Source of the DNA: Paracoccaceae bacterium
GTDB taxonomy: Bacteria > Pseudomonadota > Alphaproteobacteria > Rhodobacterales > Rhodobacteraceae
Assembly: GCA_041397225.1 (NCBI GenBank)
Contig: JAWKXB010000001.1
Location: forward strand, 431,391 to 495,390
Length of the DNA: 64,000 nt
Direction of reading: 5' to 3'
In this document: piece after piece, positions 41,647 through 50,949 of the stretch
Layout: each line of letters opens with the position of its first letter
Position numbering within the stretch: the stretch's first letter is position 1
Made by a program: the position numbers and the translations under genes
Notes under the pieces: generated by a model
Seen by the model: only the letters and a program-made list of their open reading frames with translations
What the model was told of the DNA's origin: nothing
Databases searched by the model: none

Positions 41647-43149
41647 TCAGCCGCCCGTGATCTCTGCTTCCTCGAGCGTCCATTGCAGCGAGGGCGTCAG
41701 CGTCAGCCCCTTGATCCGGCTCGAATAGGCGTTTGCATAGGGCGTGTAGTAGAGCGGGATCTGCGCCAGTTCTTCGGTCGAGATCTTCTGGATCTCGTGA
41801 TACATCTCGCCGCGCTTAGTATCGTCCTGCTCGCGGAGCGCCGCTTCGGTCAGTTCGTTGACGCGTTCGTTGTTGTAGTTGGTGTAGTAGGAATTGTTCC
41901 CGCAGGCGCCGCAGACCGCCCAGCGCACCGCAAGGTCGGGGTCTTCGGTCTCATTGTACCACCACGATACCGTCGCTTCGTAGTCACCCTTGACCAGACG
42001 GTCCCACCAGAGGCCCGCATCCACCCGCTCCACGTTGGTCTTGAAGCCCACTGCGTCCCACTGGGCCTTCAGGAGCGTCGCGACCTGTTCGTTGCTGGGC
42101 GTGATCATCAGCGTGACCTCGGTGCCGACCGCGCCCTCATCCTCCAGAAGTTGTCGCGCCGCGGCCGGGTCGTAGGCGGGCGGGCTCACGTCCTTGGCGT
42201 GGTAGGTCAGTGCGGCCGGCAGCGTGCTGTTCGCGACCTCGGCCTTGCCAAGCGTCACCGCGTTGGTGATCGCCGCCCGGTCAAGCGCCATCGCGGCGGC
42301 CTTCAGGACATTGAGGTTATCAAATGGCGGCTTGGCGTGATTGGGCATGACGCCATAGACGACCGTTGAAGGCTCCAGCGGCACCGACACGGTATCGCTC
42401 GCGTCCATCTCGTCCACCTGGGCGAATGGCACGCCGCGGTTTGCGTCGATCTCGCCCGCCATCATCATCGTGGCGCGCGCATTGTCGTCGGCGACCTCGA
42501 TCAGATCGGCCCCCGCGACCTTGGGATAACCCTCGCGCCAGTAATTCGGATTGGCCTTGAGCGTGAGACGATCGTTCGGCTTCCATGCCTCGACCATGAA
42601 GGGGCCTGAGGTCACGGGATCGGCGGCGAAGGCCGCCTCGCCGCGCGCCTCGACATCGTCCTTGCTGACGATGCCGGCGTTGAAGATCTCCATGTAAGAC
42701 AGCATCGGCGCGCTGGGATATTCCAGATGCAGTTCGACCGTATCCTCATCCACCGCCACGAAGTCCTTCACGGGCGCATAGGCCGCCGGGTAGGCCGAGG
42801 CTTCGTCCTTGGCCACCCGGTTGAGGCTGAAGGCCACATCCTCAGCCGTGATGTCGCTGCCGTCCGAGAATTTTGCATCCCTGAGTTCGAACGTATAGGT
42901 CAGGCCGTCTTCCGAAATGGTCCAGCTTTCGGCGAGACCGGGCTCCAGATTTCCGTCGCGGTCCTTGCGCAGAAGCCGCGCGTAGAGCTGGCCGAACGCC
43001 TCGATATTGCCCGCTGCCGCCGAGGCAATCGGGTCAAGCGTCGTGACCTTGTTGGGCGACGCGATGCGCAAGATGTCCTGCGCGCCCGCCACCGTCGCGG
43101 ACAGGGCCAGCGCGGAAGTCAGCAGCGCAAGGTGTTTTAAGTTCTTCAT
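41647..43149 (-). CDS. Peptide/opine/nickel ABC substrate-binding protein (family 5)
   Basis: 500 aa. Signal peptide MKNLKHLALLTSALALSATVAGA, SBP_bac_5-like body. Confidence 0.88.
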   Translation of the reverse strand: MKNLKHLALLTSALALSATVAGAQDILRIASPNKVTTLDPIASAAAGNIEAFGQLYARLLRKDRDGNLEPGLAESWTISEDGLTYTFELRDAKFSDGSDITAEDVAFSLNRVAKDEASAYPAAYAPVKDFVAVDEDTVELHLEYPSAPMLSYMEIFNAGIVSKDDVEARGEAAFAADPVTSGPFMVEAWKPNDRLTLKANPNYWREGYPKVAGADLIEVADDNARATMMMAGEIDANRGVPFAQVDEMDASDTVSVPLEPSTVVYGVMPNHAKPPFDNLNVLKAAAMALDRAAITNAVTLGKAEVANSTLPAALTYHAKDVSPPAYDPAAARQLLEDEGAVGTEVTLMITPSNEQVATLLKAQWDAVGFKTNVERVDAGLWWDRLVKGDYEATVSWWYNETEDPDLAVRWAVCGACGNNSYYTNYNNERVNELTEAALREQDDTKRGEMYHEIQKISTEELAQIPLYYTPYANAYSSRIKGLTLTPSLQWTLEEAEITGG

Positions 43150-43194
43150 GGTTTCCCCCCGGAATGTCGGCTCAGATTCGCCTGTGTTGAAAAG

Positions 43195-43220
43195 CTATCA
43201 TTTTTCTTCGAAAATGATAG
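43195..43220. promoter_or_regulatory. Perfect inverted repeat CTATCATTTT-tcttcg-AAAATGATAG in the divergent SBP / M55-peptidase control region
   Basis: 10-bp arms with a 6-bp spacer in an AT-rich patch of the 103-bp intergenic region. Candidate operator, possibly for the RpiR regulator. Confidence 0.5.
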
Positions 43221-43252
43221 TAACTTGTTAGCAAATCGGGAGGGGGCCGCGG

Positions 43253-44047
43253 ATGAAGGTCTACATCAGTGTCGATATCGAAGGGATCGCCGGGATTTCC
43301 CATTGGGACGAGGCGCTGAAAAGCGGGCCGGACCACGCCGAGTTCCGCACTTTGATGACCAACGAGGCAATCGCCGCCTGCGAGGCAGCGATTGCCGCCG
43401 GCGCGAGCGATATCTATCTGCGCGACGCGCATGAGACCGCCCGCAATCTGGAGATAGGGCGCATCCCGTCGGGTGTGCGCCTGATCCGGGGCTGGTCAGG
43501 CCATCCGTACAAGATGATCCAGGAACTGGACGACAGCTTCGACGCCTTGGTGATGGTCGGCTGGCACGGCCCAGCCGCCGACGGGGGGAATCCCTTGTCC
43601 CACACCATGACGGGCACCTACGCCAACATCACGCTGAACGGCGTGCCGCTGTCGGAGTTCGGGATACACGCGCTTCTCGCCGCGACACATCGCGTTCCGG
43701 TGGTGTTTCTGTCCGGCGACGCGGCGGTCTGCGCCGAGGCGCGGCAGACCAACCCGGCGATCACGACGGTCGAGACGAAGTACGGGCACGGCGCCTCGAT
43801 TATCTCGCTGACGCCGGCGGACTCCTGCGAGCGCATCAGGCAAGATGTGGCAAGGGCCCTGAAAACCGATCCCGCCGAACAGGTTCTGCCCCGCCACGAT
43901 CGCTACAGGCTGGACCTGCGCTTTTCCCATCACGAAATGGCCTACCGGCGCGCGTTCTATCCGGGGGCGTCCCTGATTGCCGCCGACACCATCCGGGTCG
44001 AAAGCGACACGCCGTTCGAAATCGCCCGCGCCTTGTGTTTCATGTGA
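43253..44047 (+). CDS. M55-family D-aminopeptidase (B. subtilis DppA-type)
   Basis: 264 aa, MKVYISVDIEGIAGISHWDE...RDAHETARN...MVGWHGPA, the characteristic M55 N-terminus. Confidence 0.85.
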   Translation: MKVYISVDIEGIAGISHWDEALKSGPDHAEFRTLMTNEAIAACEAAIAAGASDIYLRDAHETARNLEIGRIPSGVRLIRGWSGHPYKMIQELDDSFDALVMVGWHGPAADGGNPLSHTMTGTYANITLNGVPLSEFGIHALLAATHRVPVVFLSGDAAVCAEARQTNPAITTVETKYGHGASIISLTPADSCERIRQDVARALKTDPAEQVLPRHDRYRLDLRFSHHEMAYRRAFYPGASLIAADTIRVESDTPFEIARALCFM

Positions 44048-44176
44048 GTTCGGCGGCCCAAGCACTTTCCCTGCCGCCGCGCTCATCCTCGGCCTCTCAG
44101 AGATCCTCGGCGCGCGCGGCGTTGCGTTGGTGCGTCCTGCATGGCGCCCGCATGATCTTTCGGCAAGATTGCAGAT

Positions 44177-45678
44177 GTGACACGGGCCCCGTTTCCTGAG
44201 CGGCGGCGTCACACCGATCCTCCGATGGTCAGGATCGCGAAGCGCGGGTCCGTCGCCAGGCGCCGGTGGCTCTCCGGCATTGCCCTTGAACGCGCGGTTG
44301 AACGAGACTTCCGCGTGGAGTGGGCCGAGATTTACGCCGCCGTCGCCAAGGCGGGGCTTGTCGCGGTCCCGATCAACTTTCGGCTCACCGGATCGGAGGC
44401 GCGGTTTATCTGCGAGGATTGCGCGGTGGCGGCGGTCATCGTCGAGGACGCTCTTGCCGGGATCGCTGAAAATGTACGCGACACGCTTCCCGTTCCGTCG
44501 GGTCGATTCATCCGTATCGGCGACAGCGCCCCGCCCGGTTGGCGCGCATATGAAACGCTGATTGCGGACGCATCCGATACCGAGCCGGCGTGGCCGTCAC
44601 GCCCGAGGACCCCTGGTGCCTCATGTACACCTCCGGAACAACGGGCAACCCCAAGGGCGCGATCCGCAGCCATCGCGGCATGGCGATGGTCGCTTTCATG
44701 ACCGATGTCGAGCTTGGCCTGAAGCGCAAGGACGATGCGCTTCTCGTCATGCCGATGTGCCATGCCAACTCGCTCAACTTCTTCACCGCCTTCCTTTATA
44801 TCGGCGCCCGCGTGACGATCTTCTCGCGCCCAAGCTTCGATCCGGCACTGTGCCTGCGCACGATCGGCGAGATGGGGGTGACGTTCTCGTCGCTGGTGCC
44901 GACGCACTATGCGATGATGCTTGACGTACCCGAAACCGAGCGGGGCGACGCCGGCTTCGGGCAGGTCGAAAAGCTGATGATCTCCTCGGCCCCCGCGCGC
45001 GTGGAAACGAAGCGGGCGGTGATGGAGATGTTCCCGAATTCCGGCCTCTTCGAGCTTTATGGCTCCACCGAGGCGGGATGGGTGACGATGCTGCATCCGG
45101 ACGAGCAGTTCGACCACCTGGGTACCGTGGGACGCGAGGTCGTGGGGTCCGCTCCGATCCGGCTCTTGGACGAAGGCGGCAACGAGGTGCCCGATGGTGA
45201 GGTCGGCGAGCTCTACTCCTGCGGTCCCTACGCCTTCGAGGGCTACTGGAACCTGCCCGCGAAGACCGCCGAAGCGTTCCGGGGAAACTACCTGTCGGTG
45301 GGCGACATGGCGCTGCGCGACGCCGACGGATTCATCAGGCTCATCGACCGCAAGAAGAACATGATCATCTCGGGCGGCGAGAACGTCTATCCGACCGAGG
45401 TCGAGGCTGTGCTCGCGCAGCATCCCGAGGTGAAGGACGTAGCCGTGATTGGCCAGCCCGACGCCAAGTGGGGTGAGCGCGTCGCGGCAGCGGTGGTCCT
45501 GCGCGAAGGCTCGGCGCTGACGGCGACCGACCTGATCGCCTGGTCCAAGGAACGGCTGGCCGGACACAAGCGCCCCCGCGCGATCACGTTCCTACGGTCC
45601 GACGAAATGCCACGCAACGCTACCGGCAAGATTCTTCACCGCGTTCTCAGGGACATGCTTGCTGAGCGTGCGTCATGA
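44177..45678 (+). pseudogene. AMP-dependent acyl-CoA synthetase/ligase, disrupted (frameshift near 44570-44592; 5' region scrambled)
   Basis: ORF 44177-44701 ends in ...GLVAVPINFRL...ETLIADASDTEPA. The family sequence then continues in another frame from 44590 (VAVTPEDPWCLMYTSGTTGNPKGAIRSH...). No intact N-terminus or start codon. N-terminal-like fragments (LSEILGAR..., SFGKIAD...) lie in different frames at about 44090-44200. Confidence 0.7.
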
Positions 45679-45718
45679 TGAGCCGCCTACGGGACAAGCC
45701 ACATTCAGGAGACACCCG

Positions 45719-47266
45719 ATGACTGATCAGCAGGACCTGAACCGCGACGAGGACAGCGTCGCCGCCTGGATCGCGCATGTACTTCAAGCGCGTGGGATCG
45801 ACCGCATCTTCGGCCTGCAAGGCGGGCATATACAGCCGATCTGGGACAGCCTCGCCAAGCGCGGCATCCGCATCGTCGATGTGCGCGATGAGGGCGCAGC
45901 AGTGCACATGGCCCATGCCCATGCGGAACTCACCGGCCAGCTTGGCGTCGCGATGGTGACGGCCGGGCCCGGTGTCACCAACTGCGTTACCGGGATGGCC
46001 AACGCCTCGCTCGCCCGTGCGCCGGTCCTTCTGATCGGCGGCTGCACCTCGCGCCCGCAAGCCAACATGGGGCCGTTGCAGGACATCCCGCATGTGGAGA
46101 TCCTGCGCCCGGTGACGCGCTATTGCCGGACAGCTCGCGTCCCCGAACAGGTCCTGCGCGAACTTGACGAGGCGATCGCCCGCGCCGAGGGGGACATGGG
46201 CGAACCCGGCCCCGTCTATATCGAGGTGCCGACCGATGTGCTGCGCACCCGCGTGTCGGCAAACCTTATTCCCGGGGACTGGATAGCCCCGAAACCGCAG
46301 CGCCGACCGCTGCCGGACCCGGCCCGCGTGGCCGAGGCGGCGCAGGCGATGCGTGAAGCACGGCGCCCGCTCGTCGTCAGCGGCCGGGGCGCGCGCGGGG
46401 CCGGCAAGGCGCTGACGCACTTCCTCGATGCGACCGATGCCCTCTATCTCGACACGCAGGAAAGCCGCGGACTGGTCCCGGCCGATCATCCGTCGGTCGT
46501 CGGCGCGGTGCGTGCCGCCGCGATGGCGCAGGCCGACCTCGTCATCACCCTCGGCCGCAAGCTCGACTACCAGCTCGGCTTTGGCTCTCCCGCCGTATTT
46601 CCCGAAGCGCGGTTCCTGCGCATCGCCGACACCGCGGGCGAACTCGTGGACAACCGTCGCGGAACGCCTGAGATTTTCGCCTCGGTCCAACTTGCCCTCG
46701 ATGCGTTGACCGAAGCGCTCGGCAACAATGCCGGCACCCGTGACGAAGGCTGGCTTGAAAGTCTGCGCAAGAAACACAGGGAACGCATCACCAAGGGCGA
46801 GAACGCAACCGCTCCGCAGGCCGGACCGGATGGCAAGATCCATCCGATGGCGATCTTCGACGCTTTGCGGCAGGTGGCCGATCCCGACTACATCGCCGTC
46901 GCAGATGGCGGCGACCTTCTCAGCTTCGCGCGCGTCGGTCTTGCCGCGCGGACCTATCTCGATGCGGGCGCCTTCGGTTGCCTTGGTGTCGGCGTGCCTT
47001 TCGCCATCGCCGCCGCTTTGGCTTTTCCCGATCGGCAGGTCGTCTCGGTCAACGGCGACGGCGCCTATGGCATCAACGCGATGGAGATCGACACCGCCGT
47101 CCGCCATGGCGCGAAGGCCCTCTTCATCATCTCCAACAACGCCGCCTGGAACATCGAGCGCTTCGATCAGGAGTTCAACTACGGCGGCCGGGTCGTCGGC
47201 ACCACGCTCCGCCATTCGGACTATGCCGCGATGGCGCGCGCTCTGGGCGCGCACGGCGAACGGGTG
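45719..47266 (+). pseudogene. ThDP-dependent enzyme (acetolactate-synthase / 2-hydroxyacyl-CoA-lyase-like), 3'-truncated and fused in frame to the next fragment
   Basis: ATG 45719 (AGGAG SD). The ThDP motif [33 protein letters not shown] is present. The sequence stops looking like the family after ...[11 protein letters not shown], about 40-50 aa short of a usual C-terminus. Confidence 0.6.
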
Positions 47267-48079
47267 CTCGAAGCGCTTTACCCGACCGATGTGCCCGTCC
47301 CGCGGCCGGTGCTCTATCACGCCGATGCGAACCTTGTCAGCACACCCTTCTATTTGATGGAGCGGGTCGACGGCCGGCTCTTCACCGACATCTCGCTTGC
47401 AGAGCTTCCGGCCAGCGAGCGGCGCGGCATCTGGATGGCGGTGGCCGATGCAGTGGCGGTGATGCATGCTATCCGCCCCGATGCGGTGGGCCTTGGCGAT
47501 TTCGGCAGGCCCGGCAACTACTTCGAACGCCAGATCGCGCGCTGGGACCGGCAGTAACGGGCCTCCCCCTCGAGTCCGATCGGGTCGATCGAACGGCTCT
47601 ACGATTGGCTCGTCACGCATCAGCCTCCCGACGACGGGCTGGTCTCGCTCTGCCACGGCGATTTCCGGCTCGGCAATCTCATCTTCCATCCGACCCAGCC
47701 CCGGATCACGGCCATTCTCGACTGGGAGCTCTCTACCCTCGGCCATCCGCTCGCCGATCTCGGCTTCTGCGCGATGCCTTGGCACACCGCGCCCGAGGAG
47801 TATGGCGGCCTGCTCGGCCTCGACCTCTCGGCGCTGCAATTGCCTGCCGAGGAAGAGTTCGTGTCGCGCTATATGATGGCCTGCCCGTCCGCGCCGCCGC
47901 TCCTGCCTTTTCACAAGGCTTTCGCGCTCTTCCGGTTCGCGGTGATTTTCGTCGGCATCGCCGACCGGGCAAGGGCCGGCATCGCGGCCGATCCAGAGGC
48001 CGCGACCCTCGCCCCTCTCGCCGAACGGTTCGCTGAACGGGCGCTGGAAATCGCCTGGAACAGGCCTAACGCAGCGTGA
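47267..48079 (+). pseudogene. APH/ACAD10-like phosphotransferase fragment: 5'-deleted, with an in-frame TAA at 47555-47557
   Basis: It starts mid-domain ([37 protein letters not shown]). The TAA interrupts ...[16 protein letters not shown]..., where the family has Tyr as I recall. The same frame then continues IERLYDWL...LCHGDFRLGNLIFHP...ILDWELSTLGHPLADLG to stop 48079. Confidence 0.65.
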
Positions 48080-48335
48080 TACGCGGCAGCGCTGTCCGAA
48101 GCAGTACACCGCGCCGCTCGAAAAAGGGGGGTGGAGGTCATCAGCTATAGTGGCCACGAATTGAGGTTTGCCGAGGGGAGTCATGGCGGCTTATTCGGTT
48201 GTTCAAGCCCGATCCTGAAATCCTCTGGGGGGTCATCTCGGTGTGGCGTCGAAGTCGGACATCGAGGCGGAGTTTCGCATCGTCGGCGTCGACCGGCGTG
48301 AGGGCGACAAGTCGGTGGAGAACGGTTCCAGGCTG

Positions 48336-48977
48336 TCAGTCGCTCAGGATTACGTCAGCCGGCAGGCGGGAGGTGGCGATCCGCCGTGCGTTGGCAAGGT
48401 CGTTGCCCTCGGCACGTGCGCGGGCGCTTTCCGGCGTGTGGCCGTGATCGAGCCAGCGTTGCACGCATCGGTCCAGCAGGACCGAATGCGGTGTTTCAAG
48501 CCAGACGGAGATGCCCCAAAGCGGCTGCAGCGCGCGCCAGGGATCCTCGTCCAGCAACAGATAATTTCCTTCGACGATTGCGATGTCGCAATCGGCCTCG
48601 ATGACTGCAGCTCCGGCGATGGCGATGTCACGCTCGCGGTCGAAGAGCGGATAGACGACTTCACCACCTTCGTTCAGCCTGCGTATCAGCGCAACGAACC
48701 CCTCGGCATCGAAGGTTTCCGGAGCACCCTTTCGGGCGAGTTGCCCGCGGGCGTCAAGAACGCGGTTGTCGAGGTGGAAGCCGTCCATGGGCACGGCGCG
48801 CGCAGGGCGACCCGACCGGTTCACGGCCGCGCAGAGATCACGCGCCAGGACCGATTTGCCGCTGGCCGGAGCGCCCGCGACCGCGATCAACCGGCGACCG
48901 TTACCCTTCGGCAAAGCGACGATACGTCGGGTCAGCGCCGCAAAGGCCGATGTCTTCAACGACTCAGGCGACAGCAT
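48336..48977 (-). CDS. frcK: P-loop kinase of the uridine-kinase/PRK family (FrcK-like)
   Basis: 213 aa. Walker A AGAPASGKSV. Last gene of the sugar ABC operon, as in S. meliloti frcBCAK. Confidence 0.65.
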   Translation of the reverse strand: MLSPESLKTSAFAALTRRIVALPKGNGRRLIAVAGAPASGKSVLARDLCAAVNRSGRPARAVPMDGFHLDNRVLDARGQLARKGAPETFDAEGFVALIRRLNEGGEVVYPLFDRERDIAIAGAAVIEADCDIAIVEGNYLLLDEDPWRALQPLWGISVWLETPHSVLLDRCVQRWLDHGHTPESARARAEGNDLANARRIATSRLPADVILSD

Positions 48978-49743
48978 CCGCCACCTCTGGCGGCTCTTTC
49001 GCGCCCGTCATGAAGGCCACCGCGTCGGACATGGAGTAGTCGCCCGGCCGGATCACGGCCAGCCGCTTACCCAGCCGGTGAATGTGGATGCGGTCGGCGA
49101 CCTCGAACACATGCGGCATGTTGTGGCTGATCAGGATGATGGGGATGTCGCGCGCCTTCACGTCCTGGATCAGGTCCAGAACCTTGCGGCTTTCCTTGAC
49201 GCCCAACGCGGCGGTCGGCTCATCGAGGATGATCACCTTGGAGCCGAAAGCAGCGGCGCGGGCCACGGCGACGCCCTGCCGCTGCCCGCCCGACAGCGTC
49301 TCGACCGCCTGATTGATATTCTGGATCGTCGTCAGCCCCAGATCGTTCAGCTTCTGCCGCGCGAACTCGGCCATGGCGGGCTTGTCCAGCTGCCGCAGCC
49401 ACTTGCCCATGAAACCGCGTTTGCGGATCTCGCGGCCCATGAACATGTTGTCGGTGATCGACAGCGCCGGCGACATGGCGAGCGTCTGATAGACCGTTTC
49501 GATCCCGGCGTTGCGCGCGTCGATGGGTGACGAGAACAAGACCTTCCTGCCGTCGAGCCAAACCTCGCCCTCATCGGGAATCACCGCGCCGGAGACCGCC
49601 TTGATGAGGCTCGACTTGCCGGCGCCGTTGTCGCCAATCACCGCCAGAATCTCGCCCGGCATCAGATCAAAATCGCAGTGATCGAGCGCCGTGACTCTAC
49701 CATAGCGCTTGACCAGGTTTCGTGCCTTGAGAATGGGTTCCAT
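48964..49743 (-). CDS. frcA: Sugar ABC transporter ATP-binding protein, single cassette (FrcA-like)
   Basis: 259 aa from ATG 49743: MEPILKARNLVKRYG...GDNGAGKSS...LSGGQRQGVAVARA...ILDEPTAALG. Confidence 0.85.
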   Translation of the reverse strand: MEPILKARNLVKRYGRVTALDHCDFDLMPGEILAVIGDNGAGKSSLIKAVSGAVIPDEGEVWLDGRKVLFSSPIDARNAGIETVYQTLAMSPALSITDNMFMGREIRKRGFMGKWLRQLDKPAMAEFARQKLNDLGLTTIQNINQAVETLSGGQRQGVAVARAAAFGSKVIILDEPTAALGVKESRKVLDLIQDVKARDIPIILISHNMPHVFEVADRIHIHRLGKRLAVIRPGDYSMSDAVAFMTGAKEPPEVADAVA

Positions 49744-50816
49744 TACGCCGACACCTTTCTGATCCACTGGTCGACCGCAACCGCGGCGATGATGAGAAGG
49801 CCGATCAGCAGGTACGTCCACTGCGCATCCGCCCCCATGAGACGCAGGCCAAGGGTGAACACGCCTACGATCAGTGCCCCGAACAGCGTGCCAAGGATCG
49901 AACCGCGCCCGCCGAAAAGCGAGATGCCACCGATCACCACGGCAGTGATGCTTTCGATGTTGGCCAGTTGCCCCGAGGTCGGCGAAACCGAACCGATGCG
50001 CCCGATCAGCGCCCAGCCGGCGAAGGCGCAGATGAGGCCCGACAGCACATATACCGACATCAGCGTCCTGTGAACGTTGACACCTGACAGTTCTGCCGCG
50101 TCGGGGTCGTCGCCGACCGCGTAGACGTGCCTCCCCCAGGCCGTATGCTTCAACGCGTAAGCAAGCACCAGGATCAGCGCCAGCATGAAGACGACGCCGA
50201 CGGTAAGCACAGCCCCGCCGAGATTGAACTTGGCGCCGAAGAGTTGCAGTAGGGGCGCCCGACTTTCAATGTCCTGGCTGCGGATTGTCTCGTTGGCCGA
50301 ATAGAGGAAATTGGCCGCCAGCACGACCTGCCACATGCCCAGCGTGACGATGAATGGCGGTAGCTTCACGCGGCTCACCAGCCAGCCGTTGACCGAACCC
50401 AGCAGCGCGCCGCAGGCAAGCCCGCACAGGATCGCCAGTGGGGCAGGGATGCCGTAGCGAAAGGTGAACTGGCCCATCACCACCGACGACATCACCATGA
50501 TCGCGCCGACGCTCAGGTCGATGCCGGCCGTCAGGATCACCAAGCTTTGTGCCGCCGCCACGATGCCGACGATCTGGACCTGCTGCAGGATCAGCGTCAA
50601 CGCGAAGGGCGAGAAGAATTTCGAACCCAGAAGCGCGCCGAAAACCAGGATGGCCGCGACAAGGACGATCAGCGGGACCAGCGATGGATTGACATGCAAG
50701 ACGTGCTGCAACTTGCCGACGAACCCGGCGTGATGATCCTCGAACTCGGCCACCTGCTGCGGACTCGTGGCCGCCGCCAGTTCGTAGTTGTCGGTATTGC
50801 TGTTCGGTTTGGACAT
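49743..50816 (-). CDS. frcC: Sugar ABC transporter permease (CUT2 family, FrcC-like)
   Basis: 357 aa from ATG 50816 (MSKPNSNTDNYE...), about 10 TM segments. The upstream part of the track ORF is Arg/Ser-rich and overlaps frcB. Confidence 0.85.
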   Translation of the reverse strand: MSKPNSNTDNYELAAATSPQQVAEFEDHHAGFVGKLQHVLHVNPSLVPLIVLVAAILVFGALLGSKFFSPFALTLILQQVQIVGIVAAAQSLVILTAGIDLSVGAIMVMSSVVMGQFTFRYGIPAPLAILCGLACGALLGSVNGWLVSRVKLPPFIVTLGMWQVVLAANFLYSANETIRSQDIESRAPLLQLFGAKFNLGGAVLTVGVVFMLALILVLAYALKHTAWGRHVYAVGDDPDAAELSGVNVHRTLMSVYVLSGLICAFAGWALIGRIGSVSPTSGQLANIESITAVVIGGISLFGGRGSILGTLFGALIVGVFTLGLRLMGADAQWTYLLIGLLIIAAVAVDQWIRKVSA

Positions 50817-50949
50817 GACGAACCCTTTCTTGCAAACGGGCGCCCGATACTTTCCCGGCCAGTCGAGCGGATGGCAACTGCGCACTGTCTTGCCATCGGC
50901 CCGGCTCCCCAGGGGCGGCGCACCGTCCCCGGGGGCACTCAGACGGGGA

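Noticed and set aside
45647-48184. 845-aa minus-strand ORF, the longest in the window
   Set aside because: It lies antisense to the ThDP-enzyme/APH sequences, which carry clear family motifs. Its composition is Arg/Gly/Asp/His-rich low complexity, typical of high-GC shadow frames. It has no SD and no recognisable domain.
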